Shown one piece after another: positions 25,045-38,591 of a stretch of DNA of 45,442 nt (its first letter is position 1; each line of letters opens with the position of its first letter). Under the pieces are notes generated by a model. The model was not told the DNA's origin. It worked only from the letters and a program-made list of their open reading frames with translations, and did no database searches. The DNA is taken from NCBI RefSeq assembly GCF_001194135.2, contig NC_068996.1, positions 37,529,208 to 37,574,649 on the forward strand, in the 5' to 3' direction. The position numbers and the translations under genes are program-made. The DNA is from Octopus bimaculoides. Taxonomy: Eukaryota.

Positions 25045-25257
25045 CCTTTCTACTATAGGCACAAGGCCTGAAATTTTGGGGGAGGGGGATAGCTGATCAC
25101 ATCGACCCCAGTACTTGACTGATACTTAATTTGTCCTCCCTGAAAGGATGAAAGGCAAAGTCAACCTTGGTATGATTTGATCCCAGAACTTAGCGACAGA
25201 CGAAATAATGCTAAACATTTCGCCCGGCATGCTAACAATTCTGCCAGCTCACCACCT
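25045..25257 (-). mobile_element. SINE family B (tRNA-like head, (ATT)n tail)
   Basis: On the minus strand: gagctggcagaatt.ttag head then gactttgcctttcatcctttc core; other copies at ~3620-3830 (+), 5535-5740, 13256-13475, 19180-19340, 25353-25446 and 35420-35640. Confidence 0.82.
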
Positions 25258-25258
25258 A

Positions 25259-25296
<38 letters not shown>

Positions 25297-25941
25297 TGAT
25301 GATGATGATGATGATGATGATAATAATAATAATAGCACCCAAATACTAATAATCCTTTCTATTATAGGCACAAGGTCTGAAATTGGGGAGGGGGACTAGT
25401 TGATTACATTGACCTTAGTGTTTCACTGGTACTTATTTCATTGACCTTCGCTAAGGCAGTGGTAATAATAATAATAATTGAGCACAAGCTGGAGCTCATG
25501 GTGGTGGACAAGGTGAACCACATGTGCTCTATAATTGATGTTGCATGTCCCCTTGACACCCCAAATAATCAAGAAGGTAAAAGAAAAAATAGATGCATTC
25601 AACCTTCTTAAATACGAGATAGCTCGACTGTAGAAAATGAAGAAGGTGAGACAGTGCCAACTATTACAAGAAGCCACTAGTCAATGGGGACTGGAAAGAA
25701 GAAATACTGCAAAAACACAGAAAGAAATTCGAGAGGAAACGTAGGCAAGGCTTGAGGTGAAAATAATAACTAAAGCAAGAAAAAAAAAAAGATAGAAATA
25801 AAACAAATGAAGAAAACATAGCAATATTTGAGGCCGAAAGGTTAAGAATTACTTAAAGGAGACAAAACTAAACTGCATAATTTTTTATGAGTACTATAAG
25901 CAAGTAATATATTTATTTAATCTCTTCTTTCTAAAACTTAC

Positions 25942-26100
25942 CGTACTTCGTTGGATGGATCAGTTAAGCAGTCGAGTGTGGCTTGTAGAATTTTATCCGT
26001 CAAATCTTTAACACCACTTAATAATCGTCGGTGACCAATTTTTTTTGCAATAACTGTTATGTAATATGATGCAGTTTTTCTTATACCTACACTTCGGTGC
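25942..26100 (-). CDS. TOGARAM1: TOGARAM1 TOG3 exon
   Basis: tttatttaag|G CAC ... GTA CG|gtaagt; 159 nt, HRSVGIRKTASYYITVIAKKIGHRRLLSGVKDLTDKILQATLDCLTDPSNEV(R); HEAT repeat ending D.S.E.R. Confidence 0.93.
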
Positions 26101-26357
26101 CTTAAATAAAAGAAATTTAAAAAATAAGAAAAGAAAAATATAATACTTTAGGTGAAAGAAACTTTTCACATTAAAATGCTGCACGTTGAGAATTTAGCAT
26201 AATCAAAAATTTTTTAATTGAGAACATTAAATAAAATTCAGTCTATACATTATTTGTTTGACAAAGTCTGTGACATCAGAGTTTGTAGACTCCCTAAGCA
26301 CAGAGTTTGTAGACTCCCTAAGCAACTAATGGAAGGCACACAATATATTTTTAAGGG

Positions 26358-26588
26358 TTAATCCTTTAGCATTTAAACCAGCCATATTCGGCCCAAATAT
26401 TTTACTTGGGTTCAAAATGGCTAGATTTAGCCTCTCACACCTACCCTACAATGTCATTCTAATAATAAACAATCACATTGTTAAAATTTTGAAGGTATGG
26501 GATAATTAATAGTTAATTCAAAACAATGTTGATAAATAAGCATCATCATTTGACAGAATAATCATTTGACAGAATGCTAACAGGTTAA
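26358..26588. mobile_element. piggyBac-like TTAA MITE, family 1
   Basis: TTAA at both ends; imperfect TIR ttaatcctttagcatt / aatgctaacaggttaa; shares cacacctaccctacaatgtcattct with copies at 33071-33305 and ~21720-21890. Confidence 0.72.
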
Positions 26589-26981
26589 TCAATACCTTGC
26601 CTCCTTTCAATGCAGTGATAACTACCTTTTCTCAGTTTTTTAAACTTTATTCTAAGGTTGTTGGAAAGATGAGCATGTCATCTTGAAAATATTATCCTAT
26701 TAATTCCTTTCACTGTAGATTCCATAGTGTTTGAAAATGGACCTTATATTTTTTGAGACCTGTTCATGACTAAACAAAAACCATCATGTGTATACTTTAG
26801 ACACAATCTCTAAGAATTTTCCTCTAATGTTTTTCAACCAAGAACCATTTTATCACTCAACAAAATTTCTTGATGTCACATTATTAAAGACTAGAAACAA
26901 CAATTTTCTGGAAAAAAAAAGGAAAAAGAAAAAAAACAAAACAAAACAACTTGAAAAATTAAATATTCCAACTGGACTTAC

Positions 26982-27130
26982 TTCAAACCTTTGGTTATGA
27001 GGATCGGCAAAGCCTTCGTACAGGTGATATTTTCAACCATTGCATCAAATGCTTTTTCTACATCATTCCTGATGAATTCTTTGCTGACAGCCATCAAAGC
27101 TAATAAGCAACCAATAACTTTGTCTAATTC
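26982..27130 (-). CDS. TOGARAM1: TOGARAM1 TOG3 exon
   Basis: ttttttcag|GAA TTA ... TTG AA|gtaagt; 149 nt, ELDKVIGCLLALMAVSKEFIRNDVEKAFDAMVENITCTKALPILITKGL(K); resembles ELD..V..LL.K.GESNTFIREDVDKAL.AMV.NVTP.RA. Confidence 0.93.
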
Positions 27131-28420
27131 CTGAAAAAATGTATGATCAAATATTAAATTTAAATTCTTTTAAGAAGACTAGCAATATCTGAATTTCTCA
27201 AAAGGATTCAAATTTATGAAATTTAGTTTTAAAAATGAAAATTGTGCATACGGGACAATAGTCAAGTAAGAAAGGTCCCCTACTTTTTCAAAATTTTAAA
27301 ACAATTTATGAAAATACAGAATTCCACAAAAATGCCTGTTAAACCAATCCCTAAATTTTAATGATATATTATAAGTTATCATAGTATGNNNNNNNNNNNN
27401 NNNNNNNNNNNNNNNNNNNNNNNNNNNNNNNNNNNNNNNNNNNNNNNNNNNNNNNNNNNNNNNNNNNNNNNNNNNNNNNNNNNNNNNNNNNNNNNNNNNN
27501 NNNNNNNNNNNNNNNNNNNNNNNNNNNNNNNNNNNNNNNNNNNNNNNNNNNNNNNNNNNNNNNNNNNNNNNNNNNNNNNNNNNNNNNAAAAATAATAAAG
27601 AAGGAAATATATTCAGAATCACAACTTGGAATGGGAAGTTATTTGCACAAATTCAAACCTACAGGAAGTACTTCAGTGTTTTTTTACAAATTGATTAAGG
27701 TTTTTGTATAATCAGGAAGCCACAAATTAAAAGGAAGTTAAATGGAAAATTATAGCGATCCTTCTTTGCTTTAACTAAAATACAAAACTGGATTACAAAC
27801 TCAGCTTAATGGTATCCACATGTACACAACAAAATTTAGAATGATTTGACATTAGTTTGATGTGAACTATGGAATTCATTCAGTTGTTTTACTGAATGCA
27901 CGTTTTTTTTACAAAATTTGCATAGTATATACATACATACATACATACATACATACATACATACATACATACATACATACATACACACACACACACGCGC
28001 ACGCAAACACACGCACACACATGCATGCACATGCATACACATATAATGATGGTTGTCCACTCATGACCAAGGAAGACTGTTACTGACCATTAAGAACATT
28101 GAGCACTCAGACAAATTTGTACTTTGCACTAGTGGCTCTGCTAGTGACCAATGAGTCCAACTTTTGATAAACATAAACATCCACAGATACTGCAGATCAA
28201 GCTTCCCCCATTCACCACACTGGCAGTGCATTTTCAAGCCACTCATTTAAATTCTGCATGGAAAATGCATGCTTTTAAAAATACACATATCTTCCTTTAT
28301 TTTTCTCTCCACTGCTGGTGATGACAAGCATTACTTTCTTTCCCTTTTGACCACCTATATTTCACATGCCTTCAATGAAGACTTTACACAGTCCTTGACT
28401 GGTCCTTGTGAACTGCCAGC

Positions 28421-28591
28421 ATAGAGGTCTTGAGGGGAGCCAATGTCCTGAGCATTGAGGTGATGGTGCTTAAGCACTGGTTACATTGGACTGGGTACCT
28501 TGTTTAGATGAATGATTGGAGCATCCTTAAGCTGATGCTATATGGTAAAGTTGCTTGCGAAAAATGCTTCCAACAGGAACCAAGACTATAC
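28421..28591 (+). mobile_element. Decayed RTE LINE fragment
   Basis: IEVLRGANVLSIEVMVLKHWLHWTGYLV*MNDWSILKLMLYGKV fits the RTE motif EVL.RA...SIE.ML...QLRW.GHV.RM.D.R.PK.LLYGEL. Confidence 0.75.
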
Positions 28592-29770
28592 ACATGTTGG
28601 ACTCTCCTGTCTAACCAAGAGATTAAGGTTCTGCATTTTCTTGCTGAACAACCTGCAAGTTTGATTTGTTTATAGTGATCAAAAAGCTTGAGCTGTACAC
28701 TAGCTCATTCCCTCCATCAAATCAACATTGCCTGCATAGGTGCATGGTGTGCCACATGTCAGATGTGGAGGTGATCACAGAGCCATGTGAGATGAAGTGC
28801 TTTACTCAAGAATACAAGTTTGTCTGGTCCGTGAATTGAAATCAAGATCTTGGGACCACAAGTGCAATACCCTAATCACTAAGCCATGTACCCCTTCCCC
28901 CCACACACATGCATACATGCAGACATAAATATCTACATCTGTTTAGGTTAAACAACTTCAAGTATACTACCTGAAAGCATTATATTTTAATAATATCTTC
29001 AGATAGTCAAGGAATTCTTCACATTTCAACACAAGGGTCATATCATATATGTTGAAGAGTTCAGCTGGCCAGCACAGATGATTATAGATACTAGTTTTGT
29101 AATACTCATTACTTTATAATACCTATAAATTAATAACTATTTTATAGGTTATTATACTTTTATGGGTATATATTTTTGTAAGTCCTATCTCATAAGTAAT
29201 ATATGTTTCTCTGCAACCTTTTGTTAACAAACAAAAATATGAAATTACTAACTGTTAAACCATAATAAATTATCCATTACAAAATATACAATGAAAAACA
29301 ATTGATATTTTTCATGAAAACACAGCTTGCACTGTAATTTTGAAAGTCTGAAGGAAATGAAAATTACTGGAAAGTATAAAAATTTTTTAAAAAAATATTA
29401 TGAAAATAACATGAACTGTATGAATTCACAACATATGAAAAACATATGAGAAAAGTTATTTTTTCACTTGGGCTTCAAACAGTGAAAGTTTTTCATTAAA
29501 TGATTTGACAAGTATGAAAAGATTTGGGATCAAATTGTTTTCTGGACTGGATTGAAGTTTATAAAATGTAGTTTAGGTTGGTCAAAATTAACAGAACAAT
29601 CAATGTGTCAACAGTTTGTAGTGACCTTTAGATAACCAGGTAAAGTGTTTAGCTAGTCAAGTGGTCATTTACCACCAGTTTATTGGACCAAAGTAACTCC
29701 CAGCCTTTTTCTGGCTATATAAAGTAGAATTCTAAATCTGCATTTTCTGTTTCCTTCAGAAACATGCCAG

Positions 29771-30008
29771 CAGTAATCCCTTGACTATCACAGGAATTAC
29801 ATTCCAAAACCCCCCTGCGATAGATGAAAATCCGTGAAGTAAAAACTGTACTGTACTGCATATTTTCTTTTATTATTTTTATAATTTATATATATTTATT
29901 TTATTATAAATGCAAAACAAAACCATGGAGGAATCTACATAAGCTTAAATAATAAACCATGACAGGTGAACCGTGATAGGTGAACCATGAAATGGTGAGG
30001 GATTACTG
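29771..30008. mobile_element. Tigger/pogo-like MITE
   Basis: TIRs cagtaatccct and agggattactg, followed by TA on the right; internal tgaaccg(t)ga subrepeats. Confidence 0.72.
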
Positions 30009-31804
30009 TACTCTTGCTCGTTTTTTTGCACAGAATTTTACAAGAAGTGTTCTACTCTTAATCAGCTAGTATCAAAACAATGTTCATTTGAGTTGAATGA
30101 AATACTATATTATCATAGATTTTGTTTATTGATATCACTTATTTTTTTACCTTGTCATATTCTAATTTCATACAACACAAGAATTTTAATTCAAGAACAT
30201 ATGTACCATTTTTTTCATCACATTTTCTGAAGCCCTGCTTTTTTTAATAATGAAATTTTTTAATAATGAAATTGAAAGTTGTTAGTTATTCCTTGTACAG
30301 ATTCACTTGCATAAGCATCATGTAGACCTTTCTTGCATTTTGCATGCACATCATACTTCTCCACTTGAACCTCATGTATGCAACATGCAGACCCACATGC
30401 AAAAGATGTAAGTGCATGAACAATGCACCCATCTTTTTATCTCCCAAATATACTTGCATCTTAAGCCCACATATGCATTATATATCCATCAGTTCCTTTG
30501 CCAGCTTAGCATGTGCAACATTCAACTCTTTAAGTATATTTGTATCATTGTTTGGTTTTCATTATTATTTCTTTTCTATCCTAATCAATTGCTGTTTTTC
30601 CCTGCAATATAGGAGCTAATTTAGTGACTCCTATAAACTAGATGAAGTTTTGATTGTTCACCATTTTTTCACTGGTTTATTGGAGCAACAAGAATGCAAT
30701 AAGTCTTATCCATATACGACAAAACTCATATATATAAAGTAGAACTAAAATACTGGTCCTCGATTTTTTCAACAAATGCAGTTGGGAGAAGTTTTTCTAA
30801 CTTTCTCTTAACACAGAATTCATCTAGAGTTGAAACTGTCATTCTACTCTTGTTCAGCTTGTCCCAGCATAAGGCATGTTTTAGTTAAATAAATACTGAA
30901 TATCTCTACTTCACCAGTTTATATATAATAAGTTCACTTATCTTTATCTCACCAGTTTATATATAATAAGTTCACTTATCTTTATCTCAGCAACATTTTT
31001 CTTTCACACAATACATTACATGTGTTGTGTGAAAGAGGGACCTTATTTAAAGAGAATAAATAAATTTTAAGAGGGACCTTAATTAAAGAGAATATGCATT
31101 ACATTACTTCTTCTTCAAAATATTTAACTACAAACTTGCTTTTTAATTAATGTTACACCTGAGAATTGTCACAGCTTCAGACCTGTAGTTATTAACTTTT
31201 GAAAGTTAACACATACAAACTGTATGTGTGTATGATATTCTTCCTCCTATCTGGTATTCACTATCAATCACACCTTCACTCATGTTTACCATTCACTGCA
31301 TCCACTTCTATCTCCACCTCCATCTAACTGCCATTCTTTCACACCCTTGTGATTTTACCAACCCATTCATTCTGTCCACTCTACATGACCATTTCTCTAA
31401 TGTTCACCTTCCTGTAACTTGGGGATATGCTCTGACACCTCTGTACCTTTTTCTTCCTTCTTTTCCCAACAGGGCCATGTATCACCTCTACTGCGAGACA
31501 CCTGTTTCTATTCCTCTATCAGACTTAAACCTCTCATCCCCAGGCATAAAGCCACTTAGTATCATTTTCCCCCCACTCAGTTGAGGGGGTCTTGGCTTAC
31601 ATGTTACTTGGTGACTTTACTAGTGCCAGTGCCACATTCAAAGTACCCACTGCGCATTGTAAAGTGGTTGGCGTTAAGAAAGGCATCCAGACACAGGAAC
31701 CATGCTAAAGCAGACAGTAGAGCTCAGCACAATCTTGTGACTCCCCAGCTTCTTCCAAATTGTCCAACCCATGCCAACATGGAAAACAGATGTTAAACAA
31801 GAAC

Positions 31805-31893
31805 AATGATGATGATGATGATGATGATGATAGTAATGACGACGGTGATGATGATAGTAATGATGATGATGATGATGATGTTGATGAGGGTAT

Positions 31894-31928
<35 letters not shown>

Positions 31929-31932
31929 TTGA
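31805..31932. repeat. (GAT)n microsatellite (expanded family C tail)
   Basis: Direct inspection; follows a family C 3' end. Confidence 0.92.
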
Positions 31933-31989
31933 TCATCTCTAGTCATTGAAGTAGTGCATTCTACGACTAGAGGTCATCATTGATCTCTA

Positions 31990-32270
31990 GTCATTGAATA
32001 ATGCTGACGATGATGAAGATCTCCAATGATTAATGTGCATGTTTGATATGAGGCGGAATATTGTGCAACAGTGAAATGGCTACTAATGTTGAGAAGGTAG
32101 GGTGGTGACAGACAACCGAAACTGGAAGCATATCTGAGAGAATTTAGATTAGAGAAAACTGCACTGACACCAGTTGCAATGGAACAATCTGATAAGAAAC
32201 TTTCAACCCAAGAAAAGAATGAACAATGGAATTCACAGGTTGATGACTTTGCCAAGAGGTCTACAGAGTA
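31990..32270 (-). mobile_element. Decayed CR1/Jockey-group LINE reverse transcriptase fragment
   Basis: LLAKSSTCEFHCSFFSWVESFLSDCSIA...GCLSP resembles the RT segment LL.KL..YG....L..W..SFLSDRS.....GVPQGSVLSP. Confidence 0.55.
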
Positions 32271-33070
32271 GATATAGTTGAAAGGGTTTTTTTTTTGTAA
32301 CCCTAAAACTGAGTAAATTTATAATTATAAGACATTCTTCATTTTTTATTTTATTGAAAGCATTTTTCAAGGAGTTTTATCTTTTTGATTCTACATGTGG
32401 AAGTTTATCTCAGATTCCTTTGATTTTTATATTTAGCTTCAAGCCAAATTGCGCATAGAGTACTTATAATTTATAGAGACAACATTCGTGTCTCTCCTTC
32501 AAATTTTGTTATTTTCATTTCCAGGTCTTTCACTTTTAGAAAAACACTTAACTTCATTTAGAAAGTCATAGAAGTTAGAACGCAAAACAATCTAGATATA
32601 CACATGCTTTTAAGGAGTGTAGAGTATGTAAATCAGGAAAAGTCTTTGTAAATAAAATTGGATAGTTGGAAATTGTCTAGAAGCTTTGTGGGACACCCTG
32701 CCTCTGTAATTTGATGGCTAAACCTTGTTACACAATGTCATGTTGATTCTGCTTGAGGCTAAGTGTTTATATTACAACTATCCCTTTACACCATAATATG
32801 TAGGTCATTCTATTGTTTGAACAATTGAAACACTCATATGCTGAAGCATTTTTTATTCACCATTATCTCATACAGAGTAAAACTTGAAAGTTTCTGGGAG
32901 CTGACTGAAAGAGGTCAACTGAAAAAAAAGTTCATACTTTTCTGAATTACCACCAGATTTTTAAGCTATATACTCTGTTTCAATGGCAGTCAGTACTGGT
33001 CAACAAAGGCAGCAGAAGATATTCTTTTGTAAAAAGGGGATCTTCATGACAGCATGAGTACAAAATAGTT

Positions 33071-33305
33071 TTAACCTGTTAACATTTAATCTGGCTATAT
33101 CAAGCCCAAATATTCTACCCATTTTATGTTAAAACTGACCACATGCAAACTCTCACACCTACCCTACAATGTCATTCTTAAAATAAACAACCACATCATC
33201 AAAATCTCAAATCTCAAAACTATAAGATAATGCATGATTAATTCAAATCAATGTAAATAGATAAGCATTACATTTGACAGAGTAATCTGAATATCAAAGG
33301 ATTAA
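33071..33305. mobile_element. piggyBac-like TTAA MITE, family 1
   Basis: Homologous to 26358-26588 along its length; TTAA at both ends. Confidence 0.72.
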
Positions 33306-34379
33306 AGTTTTAGCAGCTTTGGGTACTGTTTGGAGTATGTTTATAGAAAGTTGACAAGTTTATAGGAGCTGACAAGAATTTTGGACTGTTGAAAGCTAAC
33401 GAATTTTCTTATATTTATAATTAGAGTGGTTGCTAAAAAGGTTGATATATTAGTTAAAAGTTATATATTTATGCATACAATATCTCTTAGGGAGATTGGT
33501 ATGTTTGTAACATCAATGCAAAATTTCCTCAATAATCAACTTTTTGGGGAATGTATTAATTTTTCCTACACACTATTTAATTTCAGGAAGTACCCATTCA
33601 TCCATGTATTAGAATTATTTATAGTTACTAATAAACATAAAAATCTCCTTTGGTTATGAATGACTATGAGATTACACCTAGAAAGTTCTCCTTCAAGGCA
33701 CAAGTCTGGGCAAGGTTGTGTTATGGAAGACCAGTAGTCACCCATGCATACCAGCTTCCCCTCTCCACACCATTGATGTTATCCAAGGGAAAGGCAAAGG
33801 CTGATACAGCTTGGCACCAGCGACGTCGCAACTCATTTCTACATCTGAGTTAACTGGAGCAATGTAAAATAAAGTGTCTTGCTCAAGAACACAACACACA
33901 ATCCAGTCTGGGAACTGAACTCACTACTTCATGATTGTGAGTCCAATGCTGTAATCATTGAGCCATGCACGTTCATATAATTACTAATAGTACCATAGTT
34001 TCACAATAAATATTTATTCACTTAATTGTTTATACATGTTTATCAATTCACTAATTAGAATAAATAATACATTTTTCTCTTTTTTTTCTGTTGGTAATTA
34101 AAGTAATTGTCTTTTAGTTCTATCTAGCATATCCTAGAAAATTGTTGTCATATCAGAAGGATAAGTGTATAGAATGGTGGATAATTTTACACCTCAGAGC
34201 AAATAAACCCACTATAAATTATTACAATGAACTTTAATTTGTACACAGGAAGGGTTTTTTTTTCTGTTATTAGTACCACTGTCATAGACCTAAAGTAACA
34301 TTTCTACATAACCCAGAAGTAGATGCCTGCATGAATAGCATTTCACAAAAGTCATGTTTTTAACGGTCTGAACAAAACA

Positions 34380-34775
34380 TCATCATCATCATCATCTTTG
34401 TTTAACATCCGCTTTCCACGCTGGCATGGGTTGGACGGTTTGACATGGAGCTAGCTGGCAGAGAGCTGTCCAGACTCCAACTGTCTTTTGTGAGATGGTT
34501 TCTATAGTTGGATGCTCTTCCTAACACCAACCACTTAACAAAGCATGCCAGGTGTGCCTTTTATGTGCCACCAGCATGGATGCATTTATGCAGCACTGGC
34601 ACAGGTGTGTTAATGCAGCTCTGTCGCAGGTGCTTTACAAGTGGCACTGGCACCTGAAAAGACAAACCTATGTGTGGAAGAATGCGATTTTACTTAGTTT
34701 GACACGTCTCATCAAGTACAGCAAATTGTTTCATCTCCCGGTCCCTTGTCATTTCCTCAGTGAGGCCCAGTATCA
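34380..34775 (-). mobile_element. Repeat family C
   Basis: (cat)n gtttaacatccgctttccacgctggcatgggttggacggtttgac...ggatgctcttcctaacaccaaccac. Confidence 0.8.
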
Positions 34776-34850
34776 CTAATAAAAAATTTGGCATACAATG
34801 ATATTTCCCATTTTTATCTAAACTGTGTCACTAATTCTCCTGAAATTATT

Positions 34851-35332
34851 TTAACCATTTTGATACCAACCTACCTTAGACTGCCCCTGGTTCTATCACA
34901 CAAACTTCTTGTTTAATGTGATCTAATTAAAATCTTCCATTGAAATTTCAAATAAATTTATGTTCCAAACACCAACTTGATAATGACAAAATTATTTTGC
35001 TAAATTCTTCATTACTTTCAAAATTAATTAAAATAGAGACAGTATTTTTCAACAGAAATATGTCATATGATCTAGCTTCTGGATCTTTCCATCATGTTTG
35101 TTTTAACCATTTCGATACCAACTTGCCTGACACCATCCATGTTTCTATGAAACACATTCCCTATTTTGAAGAGATCTAAATATTAAAACCTTCCTTCAAA
35201 AATGTTTTGCTAATTTATGTTTCAAACACTTGCTTAATTACAACAAAGTTATTTGATTAAATTCATTATTTTCAAAATTAATTGAAACAAAGAAGCCGTA
35301 GTTCAACAGAAATGTGGTTACAAAATGTTTAA
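34851..35332. mobile_element. Two tandem copies of TTAA MITE family 2
   Basis: Units start ttaaccattttgataccaac (34851) and ttaaccatttcgataccaac (35103); the second ends caaaatgtttaa; a reverse copy at ~40870-41490 is split by a SINE. Confidence 0.65.
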
Positions 35333-36314
35333 CTCTATCAACCTAGGAATCTATAACAGGGATATCAGTATCTACTGACGGTAAAATTTAAACACGTAAT
35401 ACCAATGGTTTTCTTAAGGTTGAAGCTAACAATAGTTTGTAATTTAGGTACCAACTCAGCATTTTTGAGGGGATGTGGTGAGGTGACTACTTCAACCCCA
35501 GTACTTGACTGGTGCTTTATTTTACTGACCCTAGAGTTATGAAAGGCAAAATTGATTTCAGGAAGATTTGAACTCAGAATGTAAAGAGACAGAACAAATA
35601 ACCCCAAGGAATTTTTCCAATGCTTCTATGATTCTGCCGCTCCATAATCCATAAACCTTTGCATCATATTTAGCAATAGTTTGACTGAATAAAAAAAAAT
35701 TATCAGAATTTTAAAAGGTAATCCATATTTGTTTATGTGAAAGAAAAGAAAAATACTTATAAAAAAAAAATGGAAAAAAATTGATATTGTTCTTGAAAAT
35801 AGAAAGGCTATATCGATATATTTATATGTAAGAAAAATAAACCCAATAATTGAATCTGGTTTTCTTACAAAATAATTGGCACTTCATTGGTTATGATGAC
35901 AAGGGTTCCAATTCAAAGGAATAGCCTGCTTGTGAAATTAAGTGACTGAGAACTGTAAAAACTGAGTGGCAGAACTTTGCAAAGTGGCTGAGCACTGCAA
36001 AGATACACATACTCTTGATGTAATTCTCACGGAGAATCAATGTCACACAGAATGGGACAAAGCTGGTCCTTTTTGCATTGCAGGTGCAACTCAGTTTTGT
36101 CAGCTGAGTGGACTGGAGCAATGTGAAATAAAATGTCTTGTTGAAGGACACAACGCACTACCAGGAACTGAAGTTCTGACCTTATGACCATAAACCAAAT
36201 ACCCTAACCACTAAGCTATGCACCTTCCCCCTTGCAAAATAGAAACTAATAAAATTCACAAACATAAATTTCACTGTAGCTAAATTTAATCGAAGAAAAT
36301 AAAATAATAAGCAC

Positions 36315-36420
36315 CTCTTTGGTTATTGACATCATCAAGGGATGGAAACCAGAATCGAAAGCACTTGGGCATTGTTTGCACAGCTGTCTTGTTGAATTAA
36401 GAGCTTCACATTTTATTTTC
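36315..36420 (-). CDS. TOGARAM1: TOGARAM1 TOG3 exon
   Basis: ttttacag|G AAA ... AAA GAG|gtgctt; 106 nt, KIKCEALNSTRQLCKQCPSAFDSGFHPLMMSITKE; resembles recalled human EKKIEGLNFIRCLAAFHSEILNTKLHETNFAVVQE. Confidence 0.88.
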
Positions 36421-36829
36421 CTGTAAAATAAAACAAGATTTCTTAGAGTTATGCATTCTTTGTCCAATATAGTAAGAAAGAAGCATTGTCTGTCTTCCTA
36501 TGTCTTTATGAATAACTCATTGTATAAAATTATGCCATGTGTATATCATCATCGTCATCGTCATCCTCGTTTAATGTCCACTTTCCATGCTGGCATGGGT
36601 TGGATGGTTTGACTGAGGGCTGGCAAGCCAGAAGGCTGTACCAGGCTCCAATCTGATCTGGCAAGGTTTCTACAACTGGATACCCTTCCTAATGCCAACC
36701 ACAGGAACTAGTCAGGTGGCACTGGCAATGACCACACTTGAATGGTGCTTTTTACATGTCACCACCATAGGTACCAGTCAGGCGGTAATGGCATTGGCTA
36801 TGACAATGACATCACTTGACTCAACAAGT

Positions 36830-36893
<64 letters not shown>

Positions 36894-37960
36894 TATATAT
36901 ACATATACATATATACATACACCCACACACACATATGCCAAGTGAAATCATAGTCGTGACTAAAGCCAGTGTCACCTAACTGGCACTCAGCACATGAAAA
37001 GCACCCACTACACTCTTGAAGTGGTTGGCATTAGGAAGGAACCCCCCACCCCAGCTGTAGAAGCCATGCCAAATCAGCTTGAAACCTGGTGCAGCTCCCC
37101 AGCTTACCATTTTTCAGCCAAACTGTTCAACTCATGCCAGCATGAGGACGATGATGATACATATAAAAACATAATTCAAATAAGAAGACAAAGCAAGAAT
37201 TTAGCACATCTTTAATGACCAGTTACAATTGTTTCTCTGTTTTTTAATGTCCTTGCATTAAAGTTTTTAATGTCCTTCCAGGAAAAAGATTATGTAATGT
37301 TTATGGATTTAAATACTAGCATGGTACTTCATGAAACTAGCATCAGAGTACACTCTTACATTGTGCACAACGTAAGAGCAGACGTTCCTAACACCAACCA
37401 CTTTACAGAGTGTACTGGATGCTCTTTATGTTGCACCAGCACTGGCAGTGTCATCAAGTAACTTGCAAGGGAAGACCCCACCCTCAACGGATGAAGGGAG
37501 TGAGCAGTATTGGGAAAGGTGGATTTGTGCTAGGGGATGATAAGTTAGAATATGAGGAGGGACAAAAATAGGTGTCTTATATTAAAGGAGATACATGGCT
37601 ACTTCAGTAAGAGAACGAGAAGGGCGAGAGAGGAGAAAAAAAAGAAAGAGAGAGGTGAAGATGTGGTGGTGGTGGTGGTGGTGGTGGATGTAGGCTCATG
37701 TTACAAGAAGATAGGAAACCCTATAAAGGGTCACTGATGCTACCCTTCCTCCACTAATGAAGCAAAAGAATAAAATACATGTCTTTATCCCTATAAAAGA
37801 ATTAGGATTAGTAGAGGAAAACAGAATAAACTAATCTGCTTTTAATCTATTAATAATTATTAATCCATTTTAAAATGATCCCCCTCCTCTTTATCATTAT
37901 CATCATCACCACTGCTGCTGCTACCACCACCACCACCATTGCTGTCACCACCACCACTAC

Positions 37961-37993
<33 letters not shown>

Positions 37994-38269
37994 TGTCGTT
38001 TTAATATCCACTTTTCCATGCATGCAATGAGTCAGACAAAGTTTATTGAGGTGGATTTTCTATGGTTGGATGCCATTCCTGTCACTTACCCTCACTTGTT
38101 TTCGAGCAAGGTAATATTTCCTTATGGAAATATGCTTTTGTAGAATATCAGAAATGAATGACATTCATTTACAACAATCACATGATGTCAAGACTAGAAG
38201 ACACAAACATACCCATACACATATATGTATGTACATACATACATATGCATGTGCATCCATACATACATA

Positions 38270-38400
38270 CACACATACGATGGGCTTCTTTCAGTAGTTT
38301 CCATGTACCAAATCCACTCTTGAAGCTTTGGTCAACTTGAGATTATGACAAAAGACACCTGTCCAATATGTCAAACAGTGTGACTGAACTATGTTGGCAG
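38270..38400 (-). mobile_element. SINE family A, 5' fragment
   Basis: cgatgggcttctttcag...caaatccactc...gacacctgtccaa, reverse complement of the family A head region. Confidence 0.7.
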
Positions 38401-38591
38401 TTGGTAAGCAAACTTAATTGCACGTTCACAACTCAACCTACGAAAAATAAACAAGAATAAATAGGGAGTGGAGAAGATAAAGTTTTCTCTGATTTCATTT
38501 CCATTTCCTTTTCATCATCATCATCATCCTCATCATCAACTTTTGGTTTCATTTTCCATGCTGGCATGGGTTACATGGTTTGACTGGAACT

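Noticed and set aside
30151-30226. 76-nt AG/GT-bounded open segment (KCDEKNGTYVLELKF...) as the missing exon
   Set aside because: Wrong phase and length, and no KNLRS/HEAT similarity.
31674-31946. Poly-His / poly-Asp ORFs
   Set aside because: Translation of a (GAT)n microsatellite.
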